A DNA stretch of 64,000 nt, taken from assembly GCA_033442325.1 (NCBI GenBank), contig JAWQFM010000019.1, positions 24,650-88,649 on the forward strand, written 5' to 3'. Source of the DNA: Salpingoeca rosetta. Lineage: Eukaryota; Protista; Choanoflagellata. This document shows positions 63,986 to 64,000 of the stretch, one piece after another. The position numbers and the translations under genes were made by a program. Each line of letters starts with the position of its first letter. The stretch's first letter is position 1. A model generated the notes under the pieces. The model was not told where the DNA came from. It searched no databases and was given only the letters and a program-made list of their open reading frames with translations.

Positions 63986-64000
63986 CTGTCTGTCTGTCTG
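63174..64000 (+). CDS. SLC35D: Nucleotide-sugar transporter of the SLC35D1/D2 (fringe connection/SQV-7) type; 3' truncated by the window edge
   Basis: [24 protein letters not shown]|[12 protein letters not shown]...IIEYPDIS...RK|[32 protein letters not shown]. Confidence 0.88.

Overview
Eukaryotic, intron-dense genomic DNA. Nearly every intron carries (CA)n/(TG)n microsatellites, so most long ORFs in the supplied track are repeat artefacts. Gene content, intron style and repeat load suggest a choanoflagellate of the Salpingoeca rosetta type (inference). Manual splicing at GT-AG boundaries supports 16 protein-coding genes, in order: PLOD-type glycosyltransferase (-, truncated at left edge), HIRA (+), DHAR/CLIC-like GST-fold protein (-), eight-module EF-hand protein resembling ciliary FAP115/CFAP115 (+), NUFIP1/Rsa1 (-), coiled-coil hypothetical (+), phosphatidylserine synthase PTDSS2-like (-), cytosolic seryl-tRNA synthetase (+), ADAM17-like sheddase (+), secreted GH39-like hydrolase with an inserted SUEL lectin domain (-), putative CABIT-domain phosphotyrosine adaptor (+), hypothetical (-), helical/ARM-like hypothetical (+), N-acylated phosphagen kinase (-), DUF1761-like membrane protein (+), SLC35D-like nucleotide-sugar transporter (+, truncated at right edge). 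Fourteen of the 16 genes lie in seven tight head-to-head pairs. The most notable candidates are a Themis/GAREM-like CABIT + PxxPxR + pTyr adaptor, a nearly tail-less ADAM17-like protease, introns with complementary TG/CA arms, a recurring (AAGC)n element upstream of start codons, and two tandem exon duplications that may be assembly artefacts. I saw no RNA genes, CRISPR arrays or transposons. All family assignments come from motif recognition, not database searches, and exon boundaries are hand-inferred.
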